A stretch of DNA of 64,000 bases. Source: an uncultured virus (IMG/VR IMGVR_UViG_3300034012_002207). Taxonomy: Duplodnaviria; Heunggongvirae; Uroviricota; Caudoviricetes. A model generated the notes under the pieces. The model was not told where the DNA came from. It did no database searches and saw only the letters and a program-made list of their open reading frames with translations. This document shows positions 1 to 10,000 of this stretch, piece after piece (position 1 is the first letter of the stretch; every line of letters begins with the position of its first letter). Location: the IMG/VR virus record IMGVR_UViG_3300034012_002207; one strand, written 5' to 3'. A program made the position numbers and the translations under genes.

Positions 1-2203
1 CAGTACTATTGCCAAAAGCTACAGTATTGCTAGCATTACTACTTCCTCCAGTAATAACGGCTCCACTACCTGATGTAATAGTTGTGTCTGTTACTACTGG
101 ATTACCTACTGTTAGTGATTGATTTACCAGTACAGTATTGCTACTTAATTTATCGGCTGTAACAGCATTAGCACTAATTTTATCAGCGGTAACAGCATTA
201 GCACTAATTTTATCAGCGGTAACAGCGTTAGCACTAATTTTATCAGCAGTAACAGCATTAGCCTCTATTTTAGCAGCAGTAACAGCATTAGCATTGATTT
301 TATCAGCGGTAACAGCATTAGCATTGATTTTATCAGCGGTAACAGCGTTAGCATTGATTTTATCAGCAGTAACAGCGTTAGCACTAATTTTATCAGCGGT
401 AACAGCGTTAGCATTGATTTTATCAGCAGTAACAGCATTAGCCTCTATTTTAGCAGCAGTAACAGCATTAGCCTCTATTTTAGCAGCAGTAACAGCGTTA
501 GCATTGATTTTATCAGCGGTAACAGCATTAGTAATAATTTTATCAGCAGTAACAGCATCATTGGCTATTTTTACACTAGTAATAGCATCAGTAGCTATTT
601 TTACACTAGTAATAGCATCAGTAGCTATTTTTACACTAGTAATAGCATCAGTAGCTATTTTTACACTAGTAATGGCATCAGAAACTATTTTTTCACTAGT
701 AATGGCATCAGAAACTATTTTTTCACTAGTAATTGCATTTGTTTTAATATTACTTGTACCTACTATATCTCCATTAAGAGCAATAACTCCATCTTTTACT
801 ACAATATTAGCAGTACTATTGCCAAAAGCTACAGTATTGCTAGCATTACTACTTCCTCCAGTAATAACGGCTCCACTACCTGATGTAATAGTTGTGTCTG
901 TTACTACTGGATTACCTACTGTTAGTGATTGATTAACTAATGCTGTAGTAGCGGATAATTTATCAGCTGTAATACTACCAGCGGCTATTTTATCAGCAGT
1001 AACAGCGTTAGCACTAATTTTAGCTGCACCTATAGTTCCACTAACTACTAAATTACCATCTATTACTTGAGTTACTACTGCCCATTCTGAACCATTCCAA
1101 AATCTAGTTTGCGAAAAATTTTGAGTTGGATTAAACTCAGTAAGTGTATCATTTAATATTTTTGTACCATAAGTAGTAGTAAAATAATTATTTGCACTAG
1201 TGTCACTCCATGTAGTACCGGGTGTTATATCTAAATATTTATTTACACTACCTCTAACTCCTTCAGGTCCTTGTGCTCCTTGTGCTCCGGTCTTACTTTT
1301 TGAAATACTATAAACTTTATCAATAGTTACATTATTATATACTGCTCTTAGTGTGGCTGTAGTACTATCTACAGATAATGCACTAATACTATATGCACCA
1401 ATACTATTAATAGCTATAGTAATACCAGTAGGTGTACCTACAACGCTAAATGCAGTACTAGCAGTAGTAACGTCTGTAGTACCATTGTATACTTTAAATG
1501 TACCTTCAGTACCTATAAAGCTAGTTACAGTACCGTCATTAGCTGCTGCTACTACAGCTGCTTCATTAGTTAAGAATCCGGAGATAGAATTAGTACCGGG
1601 TTTAATACCAAACAACGATAGTGTATCTTGTGCTAATACTGTACTATTATTGGTTCCTTCTCGTACTTTAACTACTATTTGTTGAGGCATTGAACCGTAA
1701 TTAGCTTGTGGAGAATATGTATAAGTATTACTAGTAGTATTTTGTACTGTAGTTCCTGCTAGTATAAACTCAAAATATACTGTTCCAGTAGTATTTTGTG
1801 CTGTAGCGGTTATAGTAGCATTAGCTGGTGTAGGAGTAGTTCCATCACTAGCATAAGCAAATGCTTGAGCAGTCGTAGTTAATGCAACTGTAGCTGGACC
1901 TATTGTAGGAGTACCAGTTAACGCATTAGAAATAGCATAGTTATCAGTATCTAAAAAGGATATTAGTGCATATTTTACATAGTATGTAATACTTGGTGTA
2001 AGATCAGGAATAAACACATTAAGACCATCGCCACTATATGCTAAAGTGGCTTGGCCTGGTATAGTTGGATCAAAATTAGCATTTGTTATACTATACCATA
2101 CTTTAATGCCTATTAGGTCGTCGCGTGGACTGCCGTCGCTATCTACAGGAGAGCTTACAACTAGCTGTAGTCCTTTAACTGCTGAAAATAATTGTGCTGA
2201 CAT
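1..2203 (-). CDS. tail fibre protein with 10-aa (ANAVTADKIS-like) repeats, runs off window
   Basis: ATG at 2203 (MSAQLFSAVKGLQ...), short GAQGAQGPEG collagen-like stretch, IDGNLVVSGTI then tandem AxAVTADKI repeats; downstream of tail tip gene; not in ORF track because truncated. Confidence 0.8.
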   Translation of the reverse strand, partial: MSAQLFSAVKGLQLVVSSPVDSDGSPRDDLIGIKVWYSITNANFDPTIPGQATLAYSGDGLNVFIPDLTPSITYYVKYALISFLDTDNYAISNALTGTPTIGPATVALTTTAQAFAYASDGTTPTPANATITATAQNTTGTVYFEFILAGTTVQNTTSNTYTYSPQANYGSMPQQIVVKVREGTNNSTVLAQDTLSLFGIKPGTNSISGFLTNEAAVVAAANDGTVTSFIGTEGTFKVYNGTTDVTTASTAFSVVGTPTGITIAINSIGAYSISALSVDSTTATLRAVYNNVTIDKVYSISKSKTGAQGAQGPEGVRGSVNKYLDITPGTTWSDTSANNYFTTTYGTKILNDTLTEFNPTQNFSQTRFWNGSEWAVVTQVIDGNLVVSGTIGAAKISANAVTADKIAAGSITADKLSATTALVNQSLTVGNPVVTDTTITSGSGAVITGGSSNASNTVAFGNSTANIVVKDGVIALNGDIVGTSNIKTNAITSEKIVSDAITSEKIVSDAITSVKIATDAITSVKIATDAITSVKIATDAITSVKIANDAVTADKIITNAVTADKINANAVTAAKIEANAVTAAKIEANAVTADKINANAVTADKISANAVTADKINANAVTADKINANAVTADKINANAVTAAKIEANAVTADKISANAVTADKISANAVTADKISANAVTADKLSSNTVLVNQSLTVGNPVVTDTTITSGSGAVITGGSSNASNTVAFGNST
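140..740. repeat. 30-bp tandem repeat array (coding) in tail fibre
   Basis: ttatcagcggtaacagcattagcactaatt-type units with 30-nt period. Confidence 0.95.
811..934. repeat. 124-bp exact direct repeat of 1-124
   Basis: cagtactattgccaaaagct...gttagtgattgatt identical at 1 and 811. Confidence 0.95.
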
Positions 2204-2211
2204 GTATACAC

Positions 2212-5200
2212 CTAAGGTGATATTGTTGTTAATGTAATATCAGTTAATGCGCTTACCAAACTTTCATTTCCTGCGGCATCGACCATTCTGCATGCAATTC
2301 TATATTTAATTCCTGAAGCACTAATTCTTGGACTTGCAAAATCCAGTAGATTTACATCAACATAGGTTGCAGAAGTATTTAGAGTTATTATACTAGCATC
2401 CGTAGTAGACCAAAAGTCTCCAGTTCCAGTATTTTTAAATATTTTAATTTTAAAGTATTTAAAATCATTTGGTAAAATTCCTACTACAGTAGTTACTCTA
2501 AGGACTTTGCCCAAGCGTTTTACTGATATACTAGAAACTAAAGCACGGTTTATTGTTAAACCAGCTACTTGATGAGTAGCCCAAGCGGTCCAAGGCCCTA
2601 CTATAGTATCACTAGTTAAATATCTTAATCTATATTTATAACTTTCTCCAGCTATTACATCGCTTATAGTAATAGTTCCAGAAGTAAATTCAGAATTAAT
2701 TACTTTAGTATTACTATTATCTATATCTGCAACTGTTGCGTATTTATATTCACACTGAACAAATTTTGTAGTTACCGGAATATCATCAACTGTTGCATAA
2801 GATATTTTTATATTATACTTATTAACTCCAGGAGATATTATATCTACTGCTCGTTCATCGCTATAAATTTGAGTTACTATAGGAGTTTGATTATTGGTAA
2901 AACTATTTATTAATCTTGCTGGAGGTAAGGTTATTTGAGTTTCAAATATAATACTAGAGGTTAAATTTTTGTAGTCTGTAAAAATATTATAAGAATCTGT
3001 AACTCCGTAGTCCATTAGGGTAAGTTTAGCAGTTTTATTTGTGCTAGGCTCTATACTAATTACAAGTAAATCTTGACTTTCTTTATTTAGTTCACCAAAC
3101 ATAAATAAATTATCGTAGTCTAGCAATGTTGAATTTCTTATGCCAGGCATTCCGGGGGTCTCAGTACTTATAGGATTTAACAAATGTACAAATCTATACA
3201 TTCCGGATTGTAGAGTTATGATTCCTATAGCATTAGTAACTGTTTCATCAATTCCTACATTTGGATAACTAATAGTATTATTTGTTCTATTAATGGTTAC
3301 AGGTATATTAGTAGCTGCAATGGCTGGATAGTTTTGAGAACTAATACTAATAATATTTGTTTCATCAAAAGGTATTGTTCCACCAGTTATAGTAGGGCTT
3401 AAGTTTATAGTTAATACATTATTTTGTCTGGTAAAACCTGTAAATACAAAAGTAGTTTTTACTTGAGATGTTGTACTTTGTCCTGTTTTTCCTCTAAATC
3501 TAATTGTATATATTTTGCCATTACTTATGGGTACGTTTTCTGTTAATTCTACAAGAGTATAACTAGTATTTGTAATATAAAAGTTTTTTACTCTGCCTGA
3601 AGCTAAGCCCCAAGCAGGCACATCATGAGTAACTTTTACTCTATCCCCTCTGTTACATACTAAGTATTCTAAATCTGCATTTAAACTATAAACTTCTCTG
3701 CGTAGTTTAGCTTGTGCAAAGTGCCATTTAGCATGATCTACTACTATGGCTTCATTGGTTATACCAGGTAATGTAATACTTTCAAAAAGTTCTGCATTTT
3801 GTTCGGTTTTGTCGCTATTATAAACAATTGTTTCTACTTGTTGATAATTTTGTTCTTCATCATAAAAACTTACTTTTAATCCATCTGGTTCTTTTGCCAG
3901 CCCACGTACACCTTCGAATCCCCAACTATTATGTGTAGTAAAATGTTGAACAATAGTAGTTTTAGGTTCATCTATTACAACTGTCCACTTACCGTCAATT
4001 AGTGCCGGACTAGCTCTGCCTGCTGCACAAATATCGCGTAAAACGTCTAGTATACTTCGCTGGTTACCTACTACAGCATTATATGTATACTTATAAGTTT
4101 TAGTTACTTGTGTTGAATTTGGTCTAGTATAAGTTATTGTTCGCGAAGTATTACAATAATTATACCAATATTGTAATTGTGGTATATTTATTTTTTCAGC
4201 AATTTCGGTATCTAGTATTCTTTGAGGATTTGCAGGGTGAGTTAATACATGAAAAAATAAACTAGCAGGATTATTGGTTACTTCGGTAAAGGTTGTACCT
4301 GGAGTTGAATTAATTGTTATATTGCCATTACCATCTAATGTACCAAGAGGTTTGCATCTACTAGATACTAGTGCATTTATACCTTCTAATTGATTGCTTA
4401 GCTGTCCTTCCGCTTTTATACTGTATGCACTTTTAGCTAAAGTGCAATCCTTGGGGAGTTTCATTGGAAATCTATTACTAGTATAAGTTGCGCTTAAAAA
4501 TACTACATCATGCATGTAACGATAATTTGGATCGTCATCAACATTATCTCCACTTATTCTACGTACTTGTACTTGAATTAATTGCGATGTAGAAAAAGTT
4601 TTGGTTCTAGTAATTGTATAAGCATCTTTTTTATCACCTGATATTGTAAATTTTTCCCAAGGAATCCATACATTACTGTTTGGATCGTGCTTATACTGTG
4701 TTTCTATATACACTGAATGGCTAGACGTAGTTCCATTAGTGGTTAAAATCTTTCTCATACCTTGTGGCATATGAAAAGCAAGGGTAAGTTCTGTAGCAGT
4801 TTGAGTAGAACTTGCAGAAACCCAAGGACCAGGTGTTCCAAATACTGTAGTAGTTGGGCTTAGTATAGGACGTTCATAGTCATTATAACTCCAAAAATTT
4901 CCAGTTTCTGTATCATAAAAGTCCTGTTGGTGATACCCTATAATTTCACCGCCAGTTACTGTAGGCTCTGCGGGGCCGTCACATACTAATAAAACATTTA
5001 CTGTATCTTGCTCAACATCTCTTGCATAAATACTATTAAATAAAGCTATTCCTGCAAAAGTATCATCATAACCATTTAAAGTGGCTCCTTGTTGTATAAT
5101 ATAATTATTAATATCAACATCGCCAATTTTTTGATTAGTAATTTGAAGTGGACCAAATCCCCACACTACTGCGGTGGTTAAATAAGAATTACGCTCTTCA

Positions 5201-6168
5201 GGATAAGTAATATAATTCTCAGCAGCTAATGGAGGAGTAATTCTTACAGTGCCTAAGACAACGGGTATAGCTTCATATGGTGTTGCTCTATTTGCTACTC
5301 CATTTATCATTAGTTGAGCTTCTGTAGATCCTGGGTCCTGTGGACCAGCGGGTGGTCTTACAGGAAATATAGCATTTACTAATAACATACCTACAGTACT
5401 TACTGCAGCTGTAGCTAAAGCTGCAGTTGCCCCAGTAATTGCTGCACCTGAAGCACCTGCAGCAATACCAATACTACCACCTGCAGCAAAATTTGCTAGG
5501 TATGGTGCTGCTATAACTACGGCAAAAACTAATGCCATACGAACCATACCGTCATCCCCGGCAACTTGTCTATAACTAACTATATCGTTTGGCTGTAATT
5601 TTGTAATTGGCCAATATTCTTTTGGTATTATATGATTATTTAATAATAAAACAACAGAATTGGTATTGGCAATATCAAACTGTTTAGATAAATCGGCATA
5701 TGCTTCATCTAGTGTATTAACACTAACGGTTAATACTTTAGTTTCTAGTACAGGGGGTAGTTCATTTAATTTTTCTGCAATATTTGAATCATATCTAAAG
5801 TACCCTAATACTCTGTGTTGCCAGCGAGTACTATTTAACTCAGCAATAGCTACATCATAGCCATGTCGGCTATGTATAAATCTGCCTTCATCTACTAGTA
5901 TACCTACATGACTAGCACTTCCAAAAATTCTAAATAAGATTAAGTCACCGCATTTTGGTTCCTGTACAGGTACCCAACCTTCTTTGTACTGATTTATTAG
6001 CTCTTCAATTCTGGGTGTATCAGTTATGTAATACTGTTCAGTAAAACTAGGTAGTTCAATACCAAATTCTTCCTTATACACTAGGCGTGCCAGTCCCCAG
6101 CAATCTACGCCGTGCCAGTCTCGCCCATTGCTTTTAAAAGGTATGCCTATGTATTTATTTGCCCACAT
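2212..6168 (-). CDS. tail tip protein: NlpC/P60 + gpI-like + TipJ/central fibre fusion
   Basis: N-terminal GRDWHGVDCWGL...HVGI...FIHS (NlpC/P60); IPVVLG, VQVRR, NPASLF, CAAGRA TipJ-like motifs; FN3-like C-terminus. Confidence 0.8.
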   Translation of the reverse strand: MWANKYIGIPFKSNGRDWHGVDCWGLARLVYKEEFGIELPSFTEQYYITDTPRIEELINQYKEGWVPVQEPKCGDLILFRIFGSASHVGILVDEGRFIHSRHGYDVAIAELNSTRWQHRVLGYFRYDSNIAEKLNELPPVLETKVLTVSVNTLDEAYADLSKQFDIANTNSVVLLLNNHIIPKEYWPITKLQPNDIVSYRQVAGDDGMVRMALVFAVVIAAPYLANFAAGGSIGIAAGASGAAITGATAALATAAVSTVGMLLVNAIFPVRPPAGPQDPGSTEAQLMINGVANRATPYEAIPVVLGTVRITPPLAAENYITYPEERNSYLTTAVVWGFGPLQITNQKIGDVDINNYIIQQGATLNGYDDTFAGIALFNSIYARDVEQDTVNVLLVCDGPAEPTVTGGEIIGYHQQDFYDTETGNFWSYNDYERPILSPTTTVFGTPGPWVSASSTQTATELTLAFHMPQGMRKILTTNGTTSSHSVYIETQYKHDPNSNVWIPWEKFTISGDKKDAYTITRTKTFSTSQLIQVQVRRISGDNVDDDPNYRYMHDVVFLSATYTSNRFPMKLPKDCTLAKSAYSIKAEGQLSNQLEGINALVSSRCKPLGTLDGNGNITINSTPGTTFTEVTNNPASLFFHVLTHPANPQRILDTEIAEKINIPQLQYWYNYCNTSRTITYTRPNSTQVTKTYKYTYNAVVGNQRSILDVLRDICAAGRASPALIDGKWTVVIDEPKTTIVQHFTTHNSWGFEGVRGLAKEPDGLKVSFYDEEQNYQQVETIVYNSDKTEQNAELFESITLPGITNEAIVVDHAKWHFAQAKLRREVYSLNADLEYLVCNRGDRVKVTHDVPAWGLASGRVKNFYITNTSYTLVELTENVPISNGKIYTIRFRGKTGQSTTSQVKTTFVFTGFTRQNNVLTINLSPTITGGTIPFDETNIISISSQNYPAIAATNIPVTINRTNNTISYPNVGIDETVTNAIGIITLQSGMYRFVHLLNPISTETPGMPGIRNSTLLDYDNLFMFGELNKESQDLLVISIEPSTNKTAKLTLMDYGVTDSYNIFTDYKNLTSSIIFETQITLPPARLINSFTNNQTPIVTQIYSDERAVDIISPGVNKYNIKISYATVDDIPVTTKFVQCEYKYATVADIDNSNTKVINSEFTSGTITISDVIAGESYKYRLRYLTSDTIVGPWTAWATHQVAGLTINRALVSSISVKRLGKVLRVTTVVGILPNDFKYFKIKIFKNTGTGDFWSTTDASIITLNTSATYVDVNLLDFASPRISASGIKYRIACRMVDAAGNESLVSALTDITLTTISP

Positions 6169-6689
6169 TAGAATAATCCTGGAAAATATACTGGTGTAAA
6201 TGAGTATTGTGGAAAGGGTTCTAGTTCATAGTTTACCATAGATAAAGTTGCAGTAACTCTATCTGCATTATAAGTAAAACTAGTAATATAAAATCCGGTA
6301 AAACTAGCCTCTACTACGTCAGGGGTAGAAGTTAATACTAGTTCTAATTTAACCTTCGGTCTGCCACTAATACTACGAGCAATTGGCATTACATACTGTG
6401 TTACATCATAAAATGTAATAGAACATTGTGGTGCTGAATTTTCAGCTTCGTCTGGTAGGGTAATATCCACGGGTAAGAACGTATAATTAAACCCCCTACT
6501 AGGAACACCGTAAGTTACTTCATCTGCAGTTTCTGATATGCGTCCTGTAAATCCATCACAAATTCGCAAAACTACTTGTGTTGGATTTAGTGGATCGTAT
6601 ATAGTAACTAACAATATTAAATCATTTTCTGTTTCTTGTGCAAATACTGCTTGTAAAGCACCTGCACTCATTGTTGTTAATCTACTCAT
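6168..6689 (-). CDS. minor tail protein, DUF1833-like
   Basis: LLVTIYDP...YTFLPVDITLPD...EPFP..FTP..FPGLF; position before NlpC/P60 gene. Confidence 0.75.
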   Translation of the reverse strand: MSRLTTMSAGALQAVFAQETENDLILLVTIYDPLNPTQVVLRICDGFTGRISETADEVTYGVPSRGFNYTFLPVDITLPDEAENSAPQCSITFYDVTQYVMPIARSISGRPKVKLELVLTSTPDVVEASFTGFYITSFTYNADRVTATLSMVNYELEPFPQYSFTPVYFPGLF

Positions 6690-7051
6690 GGCAATACTTC
6701 AAAAGTTAGTGCAACTGTCCAGTAGCCTGGAGCAAGATAGGTATAAGTGTATAACTGACCATCTTGAGTAGGTACTATTCGGGCTTCTATAATTTGATTA
6801 GTTCTAGGGTGTAGATATCCAAAACGAGCTGTACCGTTAATAGTATAATCTACAAAACTTTCAAGTTGAGTAGTTTGAGCAGTAGTCATTATAAAAGTAA
6901 GATTTAGTGTACTAGGCCTTTTACCCCTGCGACGCTGTTTAGCAGGACCAGCGTCGGTTGGAGTTCTAATAATATTTACGCCACCAGTTTCGGTAAAGCC
7001 TTTTTGTGGAACTTGCGGTAACCAAGCCGGCCAAGTATAGGTATATGCCAT
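6686..7051 (-). CDS. distal/minor tail protein
   Basis: WP..LP, IRTPTDAGPAKQRRR motif; follows tape measure. Confidence 0.7.
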   Translation of the reverse strand: MAYTYTWPAWLPQVPQKGFTETGGVNIIRTPTDAGPAKQRRRGKRPSTLNLTFIMTTAQTTQLESFVDYTINGTARFGYLHPRTNQIIEARIVPTQDGQLYTYTYLAPGYWTVALTFEVLP

Positions 7052-7053
7052 AT

Positions 7054-10000
7054 TTATCTCCTAATTAGCTGAGGCGCAAGCCCAAAAGTACTTCTCATAG
7101 CTCTTTGTGAAGTGCTGCCGCTTCTTTGAAACTCGCCAGCAGTCATTTCACCAATTACTACTTCTATTTTTCTATTACCACGACTATCTGTGGTTTCTTG
7201 TGTGGTTGCTGGTTGATTGCTATAATTGTTGATAACTACTTCAGTTTTTTGACCACCGCCACTAACTCCTAGATTACCTTGACTATCACGCTTTAGGGGC
7301 ATTATGGCCTCTGGCCCTGCTTCGCCCATTAGGCCTGTTCCACGTGCAAATTTAAATAGTGTAGGTTGATTTACTATTGAGTTAGTAAACATGCCGCCTT
7401 TGGCATACGTTTTAATACCCAAATCAAAAGCTCCACCTTTAGCTTGATTAAGAAAAAATCCTGCTCCTTCAAAATCGGGTGTAGTTGTAGGAACCCCTGG
7501 TTGATTATTAAAACTAGGGGTAAGCAAACTAAGAAGTCCAGGTCTTGCTGCTTTATACACTTCCATCATTTGTAGTTTAAGTTCATAACGAGTTAGGTCA
7601 GCAATCAAACTATTAAATAGCTCTTTACCTGCCAATTTACCGGTTTGCATCCAATTTACCATTGCATCTGCTAAACTATTAAAACTATTTTTAAATATAT
7701 CAGTATAGGCTTTTTGTCGATCAGTTAAATCATATTGTAGAGTTATAAGAAGTCTTTTTGATTCTGCAATTTTTTTATCTGCTAATAGTTCATCATTAGC
7801 TGTTTGTTCAATTACTGATCTTCTTTCTGCCCATAGCGCTAATTGTTCAGGAGTAATTGGGTTTTGTTCCGTGGCTGCTAGTACAGCTTTACTAATTTCA
7901 TCATTTAATTTTGTTTCGGCGTCTACTAATTTATTTTGAACTTGCTCTTGTTGTCGCGTGGTATTTAAATCTAATATTTTTAAGTCAAGTGACTTTTTAG
8001 ATTGTGCATATTGATCTGGAGTTAATCTTCCGCGTTCATTAGCTATATCTAATAATTGTTGTTCTGTTTGTAGTTCATTTTCTACACTTGATAAAACTCT
8101 AGACCTGCTTTCGGCTGCACTTGTTCTACGAAACGTTTCTAAAGCACTTTTTGCGGCAATTTGTTGTTGAGCATCTTGAATAAATAATATATTACGTTCT
8201 ATACCTTGTTGTCTTCCTAGTTCTTTTAGCTGTTCTTTTTTATATTGTATTATTGCTTTAACAATATTTGCTTCTTCTATTAAATTTTTACCTCTTAAAT
8301 TTTCTTCTCTTTTTATATCTTTAGTTATTTCAAAATTTACATCATTAAAAGCTTGTTTTTGAGTTTCAAATTGACGTTGACGTTCAATTTGTTGTTGGGC
8401 TTTAAGCTGCTCTTCTGCAAGTAGGGTAATACTATAATTTTGTAGTCCTATAATTTTTTGAGCATTATCAACTCTTTGTGCTGTTAATCTTTCTGTATCT
8501 TTTTGGACAGCTCTACGTTCATTTTCTAAGGCAACTATTAAATTAAGTCTATCAATTTCTTTTTGTGTTAGTATACCTTGTCTGGCAATATCTTCTCCAG
8601 ACTGTCTAGTAGCTCGTTGTAAAGCAAACTTTCCAGCACCAGGCTCCATAGTTGTCGCTTGTTCGCCAGTGATTCTTCCACCACCAGCAACTATTTGACT
8701 AACTCTGCCCAAATCACTAGCTAATCTTTTAGCTGCTAAATATTCTGAAGCATTTTGACCAGTTACTTCAAAACCAAAATTATTTGCTGTTCTTCCTAAT
8801 TCTTCTGCTTGTCTGGCTGCAGTAGCACGCTCAACTGCTAAGGTATTTAGCAATAGTTGATCTGCTAAATTGCTCATAGTATTAATTTGTTGAAGCTGTA
8901 AGTCAAGTTCTTTTTGTTTTAAACTAGAAGCTACTGCTGCTGAACCTGGTCCGCTAATACCCGAAATAATTGCTTGACCTACTTGGATAACTCCTTGTCG
9001 TTTTGCTATTTCCGTGGCTTTATTTAGTAGATCAAAACCTTTTATTATATTATCAACAAATACTTTTCTAATTGCTTCAAATGCGGTAGCTGTACCCTTA
9101 TCAGCAGCTTCAGAAATTTTAGTATCTAGTTCACGTATACGTTCTTCAATATCTTCACGTTTAAGTATAAGCCTACTTACAGCTTTTATGTTTCTTTGAC
9201 CCGGCAGTAGTTCTGCTTGCTGTAATTGTTGTCTTCCAAAAAATGTTCCGCGAGTAGCCGCTAATCCAGTTGTAATTTGGGGCTGCAATACTGATAAGTC
9301 ATTTTGAAGAGTAGCTCTTTCTCTTTCTGCTTTTAGTAAATTTTCTTGTGCTTTTACAATATCTTGGAACTGTTTTATATCGCCCATTTCAAGCATAGCA
9401 AAAGCTGCAGGTTTAGCTAAAATTTCTTTAAACGCAGCTATGCCACTACGCATATCTTTTAAACTTTCTAGTATATCAAAAGAAGATTTTATTAAAGCAT
9501 CTGCAAATTTGGTTAGGGGACTAGTATCTGCAAAAGTATTTTGTAGTTCTTGACTGGCTTTTGTTAAGTTATTTATAGATTCACGAGTTGCATTTGCTGC
9601 ACCACCTGCACGACGTACTTCAGCGGCTGCAGAGCCTATTTCTCCTTGCCCACTAGTAACTATTTGTGTAGGACTTTTTGAGCCTGCAACTGCTCGTCGA
9701 ATATTTTCACTAGTTAAATCAGTTATATTTAAAATACTTCGTAATTTTTCTTTAACCGCTTCTTTAGCTTCACTTTCTGGAATACTTGCAATTTGTTGAG
9801 TCCAGTTGTTAGCAATCTGCGTAGCAAAATCAGCTTGTACTCCTTCTCCAAAAAACCCTAGAACGCTTTGTTTTAAACTATCCCACCAACCTTGGTTAGT
9901 TAGAGTATCTTGTAATTTTTTAGTTAGTGCATCTACCCCGTCTATTAGTTCTCCTAGAGAAGTACTTACTGCTGATAAACTATCTGTAGTAATACTACCA

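Noticed and set aside
138..932. 264-aa repetitive plus-strand ORF
   Set aside because: Antisense shadow of the minus-strand tail fibre repeats.
1..934. DGR template/variable repeat pair
   Set aside because: The copies are identical with no adenine-specific differences, and no reverse transcriptase is seen.
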